64,000 nucleotides of DNA from an uncultured Actinomycetes bacterium (GCA_963783865.1 CAWAPD010000002.1:198415-262414), one strand, 5' to 3'; shown: positions 8,514-19,547, numbered from the stretch's first letter. The notes: generated by a model not told the origin, from the sequence alone. A program made the numbers and translations.

Positions 8514-10473
8514 CTACTTGCGACGGCCCCTCTCGGTCGAGGACGGCGGCGGCTGCCGGGGCCCGTGCTGCGAGGTCTGGACCTTGGGGCGGCGAGGCGC
8601 CGGCCGTACGCGGCCGGCGCCTCGCCGCTCTTCTGCCTCGCCGTCACCCGCAAAGAGCTCACTCCCCACGGCCAGTTCGAGCTCGACCTTGCCCGACAGC
8701 TTGTCGACACGGACGACGCGGACGTGCACGGGATCGCCCAGCCGGTACCGCGTGCCCGTGCGGGCGCCCACCAGCGCGGTCCCCATGCGGCTCTCGCCGA
8801 AGTACTCGCCGGGCAGGCTGCGCGCCGGCAGGTAGCCCTCGAACGAGCCGCCGAAGTGGACGAACAACCCGCTGCCGATCACCCCGATGATCTCGCCGGT
8901 GAAGGCCGTGTCCCAACCCTCGGCGAGCAGACGCTCGTCGAGCAGGAACGCCAGGGCGACGTCGTCGGCCTTGAGCTCCAGCTTGCCGATCGTCCGTTCC
9001 ATCGTGGAGCAGCGCTCGGCGACCGAGGCCAGCTCCTCGGGCGGCAGCTCACTGCCGTCCAGCCCGAGCTGCCGCAGCAGCGCCCGGTGGGCGACCAGGT
9101 CGGGGTAGCGGCGGATGGGCGAGGTGAAGTGCAGGTAGCTGGCGCTCGACAGGCCGAAATGGCCCAGGTTGTCGGGGTCGTAGCGCGCCTGCTTCAGCGA
9201 GCGCAGCAGCAGCTGCGGGAAGGCGAGGCGACCGCGGCCCTCGCGGGCGCTCAGCTTCGGCAGCAGCTCCGAGAGCCGCCGCAGGGCGCCCGCGACGTCG
9301 GCCGCGGTCGCGCGGTCGCCCACTGGGAACGGCCCCGCCGGCACCTCGAGCTCCTCCATCTGGTCCATCAGCGCCTCGGCGCTCGCCGGGTCGGGCGACT
9401 CGTGCACGCGGTACAGGGTGCCGGCGTTGCGCCTGTCCAGGAACTCGGCCACGGCCTCGTTGGCGGCCAGCATGAACTCCTCCACCAGGCTGTGCGACGG
9501 GCTCTCCAGGCGCTCCTCGGCTGCGACGAGCTCGCCGCGGGCGTCGAACCGGTATTCGGGCTCGAACGAGCCGATCTGCAGCGCTCCGCGCGCGAACCGG
9601 CGCCGGCGCAGGGTGCCGGCCAGCTCGGCCGCCAGCAGCAGGTGGTCGCGCAGCGCCGTGTCGGCGTGCAGGCGCTCGTCGTGTGGCGGCGCCGCGCCCC
9701 CGGCGGCCGGCGGCCGCCGGCACGGGGCCCAGCGCCGTCGCCGGGTTGCGCGCCAGCACCTCGTCGACGAAGCCGTACGTCAGCCGGTGGTCGCTGACGA
9801 TCGTCGAACGCGCGAACGCGACCGACGTGCGCCTGCCCTCGCGGTCGAACGTGAACTCGACGGTGACGGTCTTGCGCGGCTCGCCCTCGACCAGGCTGCA
9901 CACGCCGGTCGAAAGCTCGGGCGGCAGCATCGGCTCGGCCCACAGCGGCAGGTAGACGCTGGCCGTGCGCTGCCGGGCCTCGCGGTCGAGCTCGCCGTCG
10001 GGGTCGACGAAGTACGAGACGTCGGCGATGTGCACCCAGGCGCGGTAGCCGTCGCCCTCGCGGGCGACCGAGATGGCGTCGTCGAAGTCGCGCGCCGTGT
10101 CGGGGTCGATCGTGAACGTCGCCAGGCGCGCGAGGTCGCGGCGCGCGGCGTCGCTGCGCGGGCCGCGCGCCGCGACCTCGCGCGCCTCCTCGAGCACCGT
10201 TTCGCCGAACCCCTGCCGCACGTGCGTCGCGTAGAGCAGGGCCTTGAGCACGGCCGCCAGCTCACGCGTGGTGCCCAGCACCTCGACGATCTGCATGCGA
10301 TTGCCCTTGGCCGGCACAGCCAGCACGACGTCGTCGAGGCGCGGGGCCTTGCCGGCGCGGGCGATCGGGTAGCCGCGCTCGTCGGCGAAGAGGGGTTCGA
10401 GCTCCCAGAACTTGCCGCGTCGCGTGACGCGGCCCGCGATCAGCGCAGGAGGCGGTGCGGACCGGCGGGGCAC
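8514..10473 (-). CDS. rnr: RNase R / RNase II-family 3'-5' exoribonuclease (RNB + S1 domains), reading frame interrupted by an apparent 1-nt frameshift near 9685-9720
   Basis: N-terminal part (10473 down to ~9720) in one frame (…FTIDPDTARDFDDAISV…RLTYGFVDEVLA…), C-terminal part (~9720 down to 8514) in another (…HDERLHADTALRDHLLLAAELAGTLRRRRFARGAL…EEFMLAANEAVAEFL… through S1 domain); junction lies in a GC-rich run. Confidence 0.8.
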
Positions 10474-10480
10474 ACGCCCC

Positions 10481-11668
10481 TCACTGGCCGGTCGTCAGGT
10501 AGGTCAGGGCCCGCTGGAGCTGCTCGTCGGTCTTGGTCTTGGGCAAGTCCTTGACCTTGATGTCGGGGATGATGCCACGCTTGTAGAGGTCGGTGCCGTC
10601 GGGCGTCAGGTACTTGGCGATGCTCATCTTGAGCGTGGCCCCGCCGGGAAGTTTGTAGACCATCTGCACCAGGTCCTTGCCGTAGGTCGGCATGCCGATG
10701 ATCTCGGCCCGCTGGTTGTCCTGCAGCGAGCCGGTGGTGATCTCGGCGGCGCTGACCGTCCAGTGGTTGACCAACACGACCACCGGCAGCGTGGTCGCCC
10801 GGTTCGGCCGCACCACCAGCGTCTCCTTGCGCTCGTGCAGCCCCTGGGTGATCACGACCACGCCCTTGCCCAGGAAGTCGCTGGTGACGTTGACCGCCTC
10901 GTCGAGCAGGCCGCCGCCGTTGAAGCGCAGGTCGAGGACGATCGCCTGAGCCCCCTGCGCCTGCAGCTTCTGGATCTCGCTGTGGATGGTCGCGCCGACG
11001 CCGCGCGCGAACTCGAACAGCTGGATGTAGCCGATCTTCTTGCCGTTCTTCTCGATCAGTCGCGTCTTGGTCTCGGGGATCGGGATCTGGCGGCGCGTGA
11101 TCGGCGGCAGGGTGATCAGCTTGTCGGAGCCGGCGTGGCGGATCTGCAGGACGACGTCGCTGCCGGCCGGACCGCGGATCTTGCCGACGTTGGCTTCGAC
11201 GCTCTTGCCGGCCGTCGCCTGGCCGTCGACGGTCACGATCCAGTCGCCCACCCGGATGCCGGCGGCCTTGGCCGGTGAGTCGTCGAACACCTGGGTGACG
11301 ACGAGCTTCTTGCCGTCCTGCTTAAGGGCGGCGCCGACGCCGGCGTAATTGCCGTTGGTCGAGTCGGCGAACGCTTTGGTCTCCTTGGGTGACATGTACT
11401 GCGTCCAGGGGTCGAGTGGCTTGAGCATCGCCTTGATGCTGGCGCCCTGGAGCCTGTCGACGTCGACCTTCTTGTAGTAGTGCGCCTGGAGCAGCTTGAG
11501 GATGTCGGCCTCGATCGCCGCCGCCTGGTCGGCCTTGGCCGCGTCGCTGCTGCTGATGTCGACCCGGTCGGGGTGCGCGACGTCGTTGGCCAGGTAGCCG
11601 GCGGCGAACGCCGCGCCGATGCCGAGCACGACGAGCACGAGGACGAGGATGGCGATCAGGGCGCGCAT
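10481..11668 (-). CDS. ctpA: Carboxyl-terminal processing protease (S41 family, CtpA-like) with PDZ domain
   Basis: N-terminal TM/signal (MRALIAILVLVLVVLGIGAAF), PDZ (…GIRVGDWIVTVDGQ…), S41 catalytic region (…FNGGGLLDEAV…GKDLVQ…); start taken at the internal ATG. Confidence 0.85.
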   Translation of the reverse strand: MRALIAILVLVLVVLGIGAAFAAGYLANDVAHPDRVDISSSDAAKADQAAAIEADILKLLQAHYYKKVDVDRLQGASIKAMLKPLDPWTQYMSPKETKAFADSTNGNYAGVGAALKQDGKKLVVTQVFDDSPAKAAGIRVGDWIVTVDGQATAGKSVEANVGKIRGPAGSDVVLQIRHAGSDKLITLPPITRRQIPIPETKTRLIEKNGKKIGYIQLFEFARGVGATIHSEIQKLQAQGAQAIVLDLRFNGGGLLDEAVNVTSDFLGKGVVVITQGLHERKETLVVRPNRATTLPVVVLVNHWTVSAAEITTGSLQDNQRAEIIGMPTYGKDLVQMVYKLPGGATLKMSIAKYLTPDGTDLYKRGIIPDIKVKDLPKTKTDEQLQRALTYLTTGQ

Positions 11669-11757
11669 GGGAGTTTCATGGTAAGCCCGCCACCGGCGCC
11701 CCTGCAAACGGCCCCGGCCCACACTCAGGAAACGCTCAGGGGACGCTCAAGGACCAC

Positions 11758-12966
11758 TCAGGGAAGGTACCCCATCGGGTCGACCGGGTTCCCGTTCAGG
11801 CGTACCTCGAAGTGCAGGTGCGGCCCGGTGGAGTACCCGGTCGACCCCACGTAGCCGATGACCTGGCCGCGGCGGACGCTGCCGCTGGTGACGGCCAGCG
11901 CCGACTGATGCCCGTACAGGGTCGAGACGCCCTCACCGTGGTCGATGACGATGCAGTTGCCGTACCCGGTCATGCCAGCGCCCGCGTAGATCACCGTGCC
12001 GCTGTCGGCGGCGTGGATCGGCGTGCCGTACGGCACGCCGATGTCGATGCCGGGGTGGAAATCCTTGGCCCCGGTGAACGGGTTGGAGCGCCAGCCGAAC
12101 GGCGAGGTGACGGGGCCGGAGACGGGCCAGACCATGGCGCCGGTGCCGTGAGTGGCGCCGGCGCCGCTGTTGCCGCGGATGATGGCGGCCAGGCGCGCGC
12201 TCTCGGCTTGGAGCTCCTGCTGCTGCTGCTCCCAGGCCGCGCGCGTGGTGGCCGCCTCCTCCAGCAGGCCGTCCTTGGCGCCGCGGGCCGTGGCCAGGGC
12301 GGTCTGCTGCTGCTGGGCCGCGGCTCGCAGCGCCGTGAGCCTGTCGAGCTGCTTCTGCAGCGAGTCCTGGGCGGAGGCGGTCGCCGCCGTGACGGCGGCG
12401 ACCGCCTCCTTCTCGCTTTGTACCTGCTGGTGGGCCGCGGCGAGCCTGCCGACGAGGGCGTTGTCCGCCCCGACGAGCTGGTCGACCATGCCGATCCGCG
12501 TGACGAGGTCGTCGTAGCCGCTCGCCCCGACGAGCACGTCGAGATAGTCGACGTCGTGCGTCTTGTAGGTGGCCACCACGCGCTTCTCGAACACGAGCTG
12601 CCGCGCCAGCAGCGCCTTCCGGGCCTTCGCGAGCTGCGCCTGCTTGACCGCGTACTCCTCGTGCAGCCGGGCGAGCTCGGCCCGGGTCGCGCTGAGCTTG
12701 GCGCCGAGCGCGGCCTGTTGCCGCTCGATGTCGGCCAGCCGGGCGCCGATCGAGCCCAGCTGGGAGTCGTAGGCGGCGACCTGCGAGCTCAGCTTCGACT
12801 CGCGCGCCTTGGCGCTCTCGTACATGGCGTGGGCGTGCGCGAGGCGGGCGCGCGTGTCCTGGAGCTGAGACTGCGTGTCGGCTCGCGCCGTCGCGGCGAG
12901 GCCCGGCGACGCGAGGGCCGCAAGACACGCGAGTGTCGCGAATGTGAGGCGTACCGGTCTGGTCAT
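11758..12966 (-). CDS. M23-family metallopeptidase with long N-terminal coiled-coil (EnvC-like murein hydrolase activator)
   Basis: Signal peptide, ~230-aa Q/A/L-rich coiled-coil, C-terminal M23 domain (…HPGIDIGVPYGTPIHAADSGTV…GHLHFEVR…); lies immediately downstream of ftsE-ftsX as envC does in other bacteria; alternative GTG start at 12990. Confidence 0.8.
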   Translation of the reverse strand: MTRPVRLTFATLACLAALASPGLAATARADTQSQLQDTRARLAHAHAMYESAKARESKLSSQVAAYDSQLGSIGARLADIERQQAALGAKLSATRAELARLHEEYAVKQAQLAKARKALLARQLVFEKRVVATYKTHDVDYLDVLVGASGYDDLVTRIGMVDQLVGADNALVGRLAAAHQQVQSEKEAVAAVTAATASAQDSLQKQLDRLTALRAAAQQQQTALATARGAKDGLLEEAATTRAAWEQQQQELQAESARLAAIIRGNSGAGATHGTGAMVWPVSGPVTSPFGWRSNPFTGAKDFHPGIDIGVPYGTPIHAADSGTVIYAGAGMTGYGNCIVIDHGEGVSTLYGHQSALAVTSGSVRRGQVIGYVGSTGYSTGPHLHFEVRLNGNPVDPMGYLP

Positions 12967-13001
12967 GTGAACCCGCCGTGCGCGGTACACCTAAGATTCT
13001 C

Positions 13002-13036
13002 GGCCGGCGGCGGCGTTCCTGTAGGCCGCCGGCCGG
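13002..13036. promoter_or_regulatory. GC-rich inverted repeat (CCGGCCGGCGGC … GCCGCCGGCCGG) between ftsX stop and M23 peptidase start
   Basis: Read directly; intra-operon hairpin, possible attenuator/partial terminator. Confidence 0.35.
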
Positions 13037-13041
13037 GCGGG

Positions 13042-13971
13042 CTAGACGCGCAGGTAGCGGCGCAGCGCCACGATGCTGCCCACGGCTCCCAGGACGGCGC
13101 CGAGCAGCATGAGCGTCGGCAGCATGCCGAGCGGCCACGCCCCGCTCTTCCAGATGGTGGGGTACACGACCACGCCCAGGAACTTGAGCGAGGAGTTGTG
13201 GATCCAGTTGAAGATCGTCCAGTTGACGCCCCACACGGCCAGGGCGGCGATGAGCGAGCCGAGCAGTCCCGTGATGAACCCTTCGAGCACGAACGGCCAG
13301 CGCACGAACCAGCGCGTGGCGCCCACGAGCTGCATGATCTCGATCTCGCGCCGGCGGGAGAAGATCGACAGCCGCACGGTCGTGGAGATCAGCAGGATGG
13401 CGGCCAGGCCGAACAGCGCCGTGATCGCCCACATGCCCTTTTCGACCAGGTTGATCGTCCCGAGCATGTTGCGCACCGTCTTCTGGGCGTACTTGACGCC
13501 GTCGGTCGTGCCCGGCGTGTTGTCGACGGCCGGGTCGTTGAAGAACTGGCTGGCGATCTCGTCGACCTTGTTGGGGTCCTTGAGGTAGATGCGGTACGAC
13601 GCCGGCAGCGGGTTGTTGGGTAGGTTCTCGAGGATCTGCTGGGCGTTGTCGCCGAGCCGCTGGCGGAACTCCTCGAGCGCCTGGTCCTTGGAGATGTAGG
13701 TGGAGCTCTTGACCGTGCCCTGCTGCTGCAGGCCCTGGATCTTCGCTTCGAGGGCGTGCACCTGGTCCTGCGTCGCCGAATCCTTGATGAAGACCTCGAT
13801 CAGGACACGGTTCTTGAGGCTCGTGGCGCCCTGGTTCAGGTTGCGGTCGGTGACCAGCACCAGGCCGAGGATCGCCATGGTGATGAAGACGGTCATGACC
13901 GAGGCGATCGTCATCACCCAGTTGCGGCGCAGCGACCCGAAGGCTTCGCCGAGGAAGAAGCTAAACCTCAC
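13042..13971 (-). CDS. ftsX: Cell-division ABC transporter permease FtsX
   Basis: 309 aa; 4 TM with large extracytoplasmic loop; …QLVGATRWFVRWPFVLEG… FtsX signature; GTG start overlapping ftsE. Confidence 0.9.
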   Translation of the reverse strand: MRFSFFLGEAFGSLRRNWVMTIASVMTVFITMAILGLVLVTDRNLNQGATSLKNRVLIEVFIKDSATQDQVHALEAKIQGLQQQGTVKSSTYISKDQALEEFRQRLGDNAQQILENLPNNPLPASYRIYLKDPNKVDEIASQFFNDPAVDNTPGTTDGVKYAQKTVRNMLGTINLVEKGMWAITALFGLAAILLISTTVRLSIFSRRREIEIMQLVGATRWFVRWPFVLEGFITGLLGSLIAALAVWGVNWTIFNWIHNSSLKFLGVVVYPTIWKSGAWPLGMLPTLMLLGAVLGAVGSIVALRRYLRV

Positions 13972-14647
13972 TGTCGTACACTCCCCTGCGCTCGTCGCGC
14001 ACCAGGCGGCCGCCGTCGAGCGCGATCACGCGCCGGCGCAAGCGGTCCACCATGTCGCGGTCGTGGGTGGCGATGACGACGGTGGTGCCGGTGCGGTTGA
14101 TCCGCATGAGCAGCTGCATGATGCCGATCGACGTCTCGGGGTCGATGTTGCCGGTGGGCTCGTCGGCGAGCAGCAGCGGCGGATGGTTGACGAAGGCCCG
14201 CGCCACCGACACGCGCTGCTGCTCTCCGCCCGAGATCTCGTGCGGCAGGCTGTCGGTCTTGTCGGCGAGGCCCACCAGGTTGAGGATCTCCGGAACCTTG
14301 CGGCGGATCGAGCGGTGGTGCTCGCCGACGACCTCGAGCGCGTAGGCGACGTTCTCGAAGACCGTCTTGTTGGGCAGCAGCTTGAAGTCCTGGAACACGC
14401 AGCCGATGTTGCGCCGTAGCAGCGGGACCTTGCTGCGCCGCAACGTCTGCAGGTTCCGCCCGGCGACCAGGATGCGGCCCTGCGTGGGTTCGAGCTCCTT
14501 GAGGACCAGCTTGATCAGGGTCGACTTGCCCGAGCCCGACGGGCCCACGAGAAAGACGAACTCGCCCTTCTCGATGTGGAAGCTGGCGTCCTGCATGCCC
14601 ACGACGTCGCCGTCGTAGTTCTTGGTCACGCTCTCGAAGACGATCAT
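13961..14647 (-). CDS. ftsE: Cell-division ABC transporter ATPase FtsE
   Basis: 228 aa; Walker A GPSGSGKST, ABC signature ISGGEQQRV, Walker B LLLADEPTG. Confidence 0.9.
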   Translation of the reverse strand: MIVFESVTKNYDGDVVGMQDASFHIEKGEFVFLVGPSGSGKSTLIKLVLKELEPTQGRILVAGRNLQTLRRSKVPLLRRNIGCVFQDFKLLPNKTVFENVAYALEVVGEHHRSIRRKVPEILNLVGLADKTDSLPHEISGGEQQRVSVARAFVNHPPLLLADEPTGNIDPETSIGIMQLLMRINRTGTTVVIATHDRDMVDRLRRRVIALDGGRLVRDERRGVYDSEV

Positions 14648-14924
14648 CCGCGCTCCGGGGTGCAGGATCCGCGGGGCCAGAAGGTCGCGGACGCTGTGGG
14701 GCCCGCAGCCCCGCCGGGACGGTAGCGCCCTGACCAGCCGTGCGTGCCGGGGCGGTGGCTTGTCGAATCAAGCATCAAAGGCAATCAGCTACTTTATGGA
14801 CTGGTGGGGCGAAGTCAAGCCGCTGCCCCTCGTCACAGATACGACCAACGACGTATATCACCTGCCTCCGTGACCGGCCGTTGCCAGCATGGACAACGGT
14901 CTGTCGGACCCCCAGGGCAGGCGA

Positions 14925-14961
14925 GGGGGGGCGGGAGCGGCTGCGCCGCTCCCGCCCCCCC
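14925..14961. terminator. Perfect GC hairpin (17-bp stem GGGGGGGCGGGAGCGGC / GCCGCTCCCGCCCCCCC, TGC loop) immediately 3' of the ABC ATPase gene
   Basis: Read directly; 15 nt downstream of the stop of the minus-strand operon. Confidence 0.65.
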
Positions 14962-14975
14962 TCAGCTTCGCGGGG

Positions 14976-15794
14976 CTAGGCCAGCACCTTCGAGAGGAAC
15001 AGCTTGGTACGTTCCTCCTTGGGATTGACGAGCACGTCCATCGGCGGGCCCGCCTCGACGATGACGCCGCCGTCCATGAGGGCGACGCCGTCGGCCACCT
15101 CTTTGGCAAAGCCCATCTCGTGGGTCACGACGACCATGGTCATGCCGTCGCGGGCGAGCTGCTTCATCACGTCGAGCACCTCGCCCACCAGCTCGGGGTC
15201 GAGAGCCGATGTGGGCTCGTCGAAGAGCATCAGGTTGGGCTTCATGGCCAGCGCCCGGGCGATCGCCACCCGCTGCTGCTGGCCCCCCGAGAGCTGCGCC
15301 GGGTAGGTGTCGAGCTTCTCGCCGAGGCCGACACGCGTGAGCAGGTCGATGGCCTCGGCCTCGGCCTGCTTGCGATGGAGCTTCTGCACCTTGATCGGCG
15401 CCTCCATCACGTTCTCGATCGCGGTCTTGTGCTGGAACAGGTTGAACCGTTGGAAGACCATCCCGATGGAGGCCCGCTGCCGCGCCACGTCGCGGGCCTT
15501 CATCTCGTGCAGGACCTTGCCCCGCTCCACGTAGCCCATGAGCTCGCCGGCTACCCACAGCCGGCCGGCGTTGATCTTCTCGAGGTGGTTGATGCAGCGC
15601 AGCAGCGTGGACTTGCCACCGCCGGAAGGACCGAGCAGCACGAACGTCTGCTGGGGCATGACCGTGAAATCGATCCCCTTGAGCACGTCGAGCTTGCCGA
15701 AGGACTTCCAGACCTGCTCGGCCCTGACCATGGGCTGATCGGCGGGAACGGTCGTCTCGATGCCGGTGAGGATATGTTGCTGTGGCTCAGACAT
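14976..15794 (-). CDS. Polar amino-acid ABC transporter ATP-binding protein
   Basis: 272 aa; Walker [31 protein letters not shown]; GlnQ/HisP-like. Confidence 0.9.
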   Translation of the reverse strand: MSEPQQHILTGIETTVPADQPMVRAEQVWKSFGKLDVLKGIDFTVMPQQTFVLLGPSGGGKSTLLRCINHLEKINAGRLWVAGELMGYVERGKVLHEMKARDVARQRASIGMVFQRFNLFQHKTAIENVMEAPIKVQKLHRKQAEAEAIDLLTRVGLGEKLDTYPAQLSGGQQQRVAIARALAMKPNLMLFDEPTSALDPELVGEVLDVMKQLARDGMTMVVVTHEMGFAKEVADGVALMDGGVIVEAGPPMDVLVNPKEERTKLFLSKVLA

Positions 15795-16746
15795 GTGGCG
15801 CCCTCGCCAGTCGTTTGGCTGCCCGTTTCTCGGCCTGCTCGGTCTCCTTCTCGCCGAAGCCCTTGCCGAAGTACGCCTCCAGCCGGGCCTGGCCGATGGT
15901 CAGGATCGAGGTGATGATGAGGTACCAGACGCAGGCTACGACGATGAGCTCCATGATCTGGTACGTCTGGGCGTAGATGTTCTGCAGGCGACCCCACATC
16001 TCGACACCGCCGCCGAGGACGGCGAGCAGCGAGGTCGTCTTGAGCATGCTGATCGTCTCGTTGCCGAACGTCGGGATGATCACCCGCATGGCCTGCGGCA
16101 GCACGATGCGGCGCATCGACAGCGTCGGCGACATGCCCAGTGACGATGCGGCCTCGTTCTGGCCCGGGTCGACGGAGATGATCCCCGCCCGGACGAGCTC
16201 GGCCGCGTATGCCGCTTCGTTCAGGCCGAGCGCCAGCACGGCGACCACGAACAGGTTCTGGGTCAGCGGGCCCATGTTGGCCGACCCGACGACGAGCCCC
16301 GTGAAGGGCAACCCGGCGTAGAACTTGGTCCACATCACGCCGATGTTGCCCCAGAGCAGGATCTGCACGTAGACGGGGGTGCCGCGGAAGAACCAGATGT
16401 AGGCCCAGGCGATCCACGACAGAACCGGGTTGTCCGACAGGCGCATGACGGCGAGCGCGACGCCGCCGGCGGCGCCGACGGCCATGCAAAGGAAGGTCAA
16501 CTCGATGGTGCGGACCAGCCCCCACAGCGTGAGGGGCTTGAACATGTAGTCCCAGACCACGCTCCAGTTGATGTTCGGGCTGTTGACGAACGAGACGAAG
16601 ATCGCGACCAGCAGGTAGACCACGATGACGGCCGCGATCCACCGGCCCCAGTGCCGGACCGGGATGGCCTTGATGGCTTCGGGACGGGCGGCGGCGGCCG
16701 GTCCCCCGGCCGCCGCCTTCCCCGGATCGACGCTAGACGCTTCCAT
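15787..16746 (-). CDS. Polar amino-acid ABC transporter permease
   Basis: 319 aa; HisM/GlnP-type (…[14 protein letters not shown]… EAA loop). Confidence 0.9.
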   Translation of the reverse strand: MEASSVDPGKAAAGGPAAAARPEAIKAIPVRHWGRWIAAVIVVYLLVAIFVSFVNSPNINWSVVWDYMFKPLTLWGLVRTIELTFLCMAVGAAGGVALAVMRLSDNPVLSWIAWAYIWFFRGTPVYVQILLWGNIGVMWTKFYAGLPFTGLVVGSANMGPLTQNLFVVAVLALGLNEAAYAAELVRAGIISVDPGQNEAASSLGMSPTLSMRRIVLPQAMRVIIPTFGNETISMLKTTSLLAVLGGGVEMWGRLQNIYAQTYQIMELIVVACVWYLIITSILTIGQARLEAYFGKGFGEKETEQAEKRAAKRLARAPHV

Positions 16747-16758
16747 GACGTGCTCGCG

Positions 16759-17776
16759 TCACGGTGTCGCGCTTGGGCTCGGGCTGGCGCTGGCCGCCTG
16801 GGCGGCCGCGAACGCGGGCCCCTGGTTCACTTGCGCCGACTCGACGGGGAACAGGCCGTACGAGGCGACGATCTTCTGGTAGATGCCCTCGTCGATGAGC
16901 TTCTGCAGGGCCTTCTGCATCGTGTCGACCAGCTGGGTGTTGCTGGCGACGATGCCGATGCCGACGAGCTGAGGGAGGTAGCCCTCGGGAGCCGCGGGGT
17001 CGACCGCGACCTGGAAGGTGTTGCCGTTGTTGGTCTTGTTGGCGATATCCACGGCCGTCGAGTGGTCAGTGAGGTCGCCGACCGCGCGGCCGCTCGTGAC
17101 GGCGAGCAGAGCCGCTGGCTGGTTGGGCAGCGCGAGGATCGTCATGGCGGGCTGGCCCGCTCCCTGGAACTGCGTGTTCAGGGTCTGCAGCAGGGCCTGC
17201 TGCGTGGTGCCGCTCTCGCAGGCGACCGTCTTGCCGGCCAGGCTCTGGAGAGTGCTGATCCCACTCGGGTTGCCCTTCTTCACGACGACGGACGTGCCGT
17301 CGGCGGCGTAGTCGACGAAGCTGATGCCGCTCTTCTGACGCTCCGCGTTGTCGTACATGTCGGACATGGCCGCGTCGATCTTGCCCGCCTTGAGCGCCAG
17401 CGGGATGCTGTCGAAGGGAACGTTCGTGAACGACACCTCGATGCCGATCGTCTTGCCCAGGGCCTGCGAAAGGTCGTAGTCGAAGCCGGCCGGGTTCTTG
17501 CTGGTCGGCGGGTTGTAGTACTCCCACGGCGGGTACGGGATGTCGCTCCCGACCTTGATGACGTTCGGCGCTCTGAATGCTGCTCGGCAGCTGGCTCTTG
17601 AGCGACGCGTCGGTCGGGACCGCGGCCAGGTCGGCGCTCGTCCAGCTCGCGCTGGCCCCCGGCGTGGGGCTCGTGCTGCTGGTCGAGCTGCTGCTGCTGC
17701 CGCACGCGGCGACGAGCAGCGCCAAGGCCGCGATCACAAGCAGCGCCGCCACTCCCAGTAGTGCGCGTTTCTTCAT
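16759..17776 (-). CDS. Amino-acid ABC transporter substrate-binding lipoprotein, frame interrupted by an apparent 1-nt indel near 17585-17600
   Basis: N-terminal signal peptide + lipobox (LLVAACGSSSS) in one frame, mature SBP domain (…APNVIKVGSDIPYPPWEYYNPPT…VSFTNVPFDSIPLALKAGKID…) in another; strong RBS GGGGAGGAGAG upstream. Confidence 0.75.
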
Positions 17777-17902
17777 CTTCTCTCCTCCCCTTTGGCGAAG
17801 TTCGATGATCGACCCCCCGCCCTCGTGGTTTGTGAGCCTAACGTTAGCACCGCTTACTCTATGCCCGTGCCCGTTTGGTGAGAAGGGACGGGGGCGGTGG
17901 GC

Positions 17903-19435
17903 CTACGCGAGAGGCCCCACCGCCCCCTCGACGGCCTCCAGGATCTCGCCCGAGCGCACGAGCTCGGTCATCGCGTTGTGGTCGGCGTACAGCGGCCGGT
18001 CCTCGTCGAGGTGCTGCACGTGCCGGCGGATCACCTCGCGCGCCGCCTGCACGCCGGCTCCAGCCGTGAACTCGCGGAAGTCGAGCGCCTGGGCGGCGCC
18101 CATGAACTCGATCCCCAGCACGCCGTAGGCGTTGTCGAGGATCTGGCGGTTCTTGAGGGCCGTGTTCATGCCCATCGAGACGAAGTCCTCCTGGTCGGCG
18201 GCGGCCGGGATCGACATCGTCGCCGCCGGCGCCGAGAGGATCCGCTGCTCGGTGATCAGCGTGTCGGCGGCGTACTGGCTCAGCATCAGGCCCGAGTAGA
18301 AGCCGGGGTTCGGCGTGAGGAAGTCGGGCAGGCCCTGGCTGAGCGCCGGGTTCTCGAGGCGGTTGAGGCGACGCTCGGCGAGCACGCAGACCATCGTGAT
18401 CGCCTGGCCGACCAGCTCCATCGGCAGCGAGACCGGCGTGCCCTGGAAGTTCGCGCCGGTCAGGGTAAGGCCCTCGTCGGGCAGGAAGATCGGGTTGTCG
18501 CCGACGCCGTTCAGCTCGATCTCGACCTGAGAGCGGGCGAAGGCGACGGCGTCGTGCGCGGCCCCGATCACCTGGGGAGACGAGCGCATCGAGTAGGCGT
18601 CCTGCACCTTGGTCTTGATCTTGCCGGTGGCGAGGTCGCTGCCGGCGATGCACTTCATGATCGATTTGGCGCTGCGCACCGCGCCGGCGAAGCCGCGCAG
18701 CTCGTGCAGGCGCGTGTCGTACGGCTTGAGGTTGGCCAGCAGCGCCTCGAGCGACATCGCGCAGGCGATCTCGGCCTGGCGCAGCCAGCGGTCGACGTCG
18801 TGGATCAGCAGCGCGCTCATGGCGGTCAGCACGTTGGCGCCGTTGATGACGGCGAGGCCGTCGCGCGCCTGCAGCCCCGGGACGGGGATGCCGGCGCGCT
18901 TCATCGCCTCGCCGCCCGGCAGCCGCTCGCCCTTGTACCAGGCCTCGCCCTCGCCCATCAGCAGCAGGCTCGCCTGCGCCATCGGGGCGAGGTCGCCGGA
19001 GGCGCCGACCGAGCCCTTCTCGCAGACGACCGGCGTGACGCCCCGGTTGAGCATCTCGACCAGCGTCTGGGTGATCTCGGGCCGCACCCCTGAGTTGCCG
19101 TGAGCGTGCACGTTCGCGCGGCTGGCCAGCGCGGCGCGCACGGCGTCGACGGGGGCCGGATCGCCGATGCCGGCGGCGTGGTTGTAGACCAGGAACCGCT
19201 GGAAGCTCTTGACCTGCTCGTCGTCGAGGACGATCTCCGAGAACTCGCCGATCCCGGTGTTGGTGCCGTACATGATCTCGCGCGCCGCGAGCTTCTCTTC
19301 GACCATCGCGCGACACGCGCCGATCCTCTCCAGCGCCTCGGGAGCGAGCTCGACCGGCTCGTCCTCGCGGGCGACCCGGACCAGGGCCTCGATGGTCAAC
19401 GACCTGCCGTCAAGAACGACCGTCACGTGCATCTC
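17903..19435 (-). CDS. hutH: Histidine/aromatic amino-acid ammonia-lyase (MIO-dependent HAL/PAL family)
   Basis: 510 aa from ATG MHVTVVLDG… (RBS GGAAGGAG); MIO-forming triad region …GSVGASGDLAPMA…; upstream 125 aa of the six-frame ORF are spurious. Confidence 0.85.
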   Translation of the reverse strand, partial: EMHVTVVLDGRSLTIEALVRVAREDEPVELAPEALERIGACRAMVEEKLAAREIMYGTNTGIGEFSEIVLDDEQVKSFQRFLVYNHAAGIGDPAPVDAVRAALASRANVHAHGNSGVRPEITQTLVEMLNRGVTPVVCEKGSVGASGDLAPMAQASLLLMGEGEAWYKGERLPGGEAMKRAGIPVPGLQARDGLAVINGANVLTAMSALLIHDVDRWLRQAEIACAMSLEALLANLKPYDTRLHELRGFAGAVRSAKSIMKCIAGSDLATGKIKTKVQDAYSMRSSPQVIGAAHDAVAFARSQVEIELNGVGDNPIFLPDEGLTLTGANFQGTPVSLPMELVGQAITMVCVLAERRLNRLENPALSQGLPDFLTPNPGFYSGLMLSQYAADTLITEQRILSAPAATMSIPAAADQEDFVSMGMNTALKNRQILDNAYGVLGIEFMGAAQALDFREFTAGAGVQAAREVIRRHVQHLDEDRPLYADHNAMTELVRSGEILEAVEGAVGPLA

Positions 19436-19547
19436 CTTCCGTGGGGAACCGGCGAGTCGTCGCGCTCGCGCACCATCCTGCATCACAGCATATTGCTGAT
19501 ACAACGGAGCGCAAGCGACACTCGGCGCCGACGGCGCCGGCCGGGCG

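Noticed and set aside
8241-9797. 518-aa plus-strand ORF opposite smpB/rnr (also 9418..10554 +, 9780..10265 -)
   Set aside because: Low-complexity A/G/R/P translation overlapping strongly supported minus-strand genes.
11812-13623. 603-aa plus-strand and 499-aa minus-strand ORFs across the M23 peptidase and ftsX
   Set aside because: Arg/Gly/Asp-rich with no motifs. The true genes are in another frame or strand.
14889-15914. 341-aa plus-strand ORF and several shorter ones over the ABC ATPase gene
   Set aside because: Antisense to a canonical Walker-motif ABC protein, with biased composition.
17859-19316. 485-aa minus-strand and 398-aa plus-strand ORFs overlapping the ammonia-lyase gene
   Set aside because: Spurious alternative frames. 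The lyase frame carries the conserved ASG (MIO) region.
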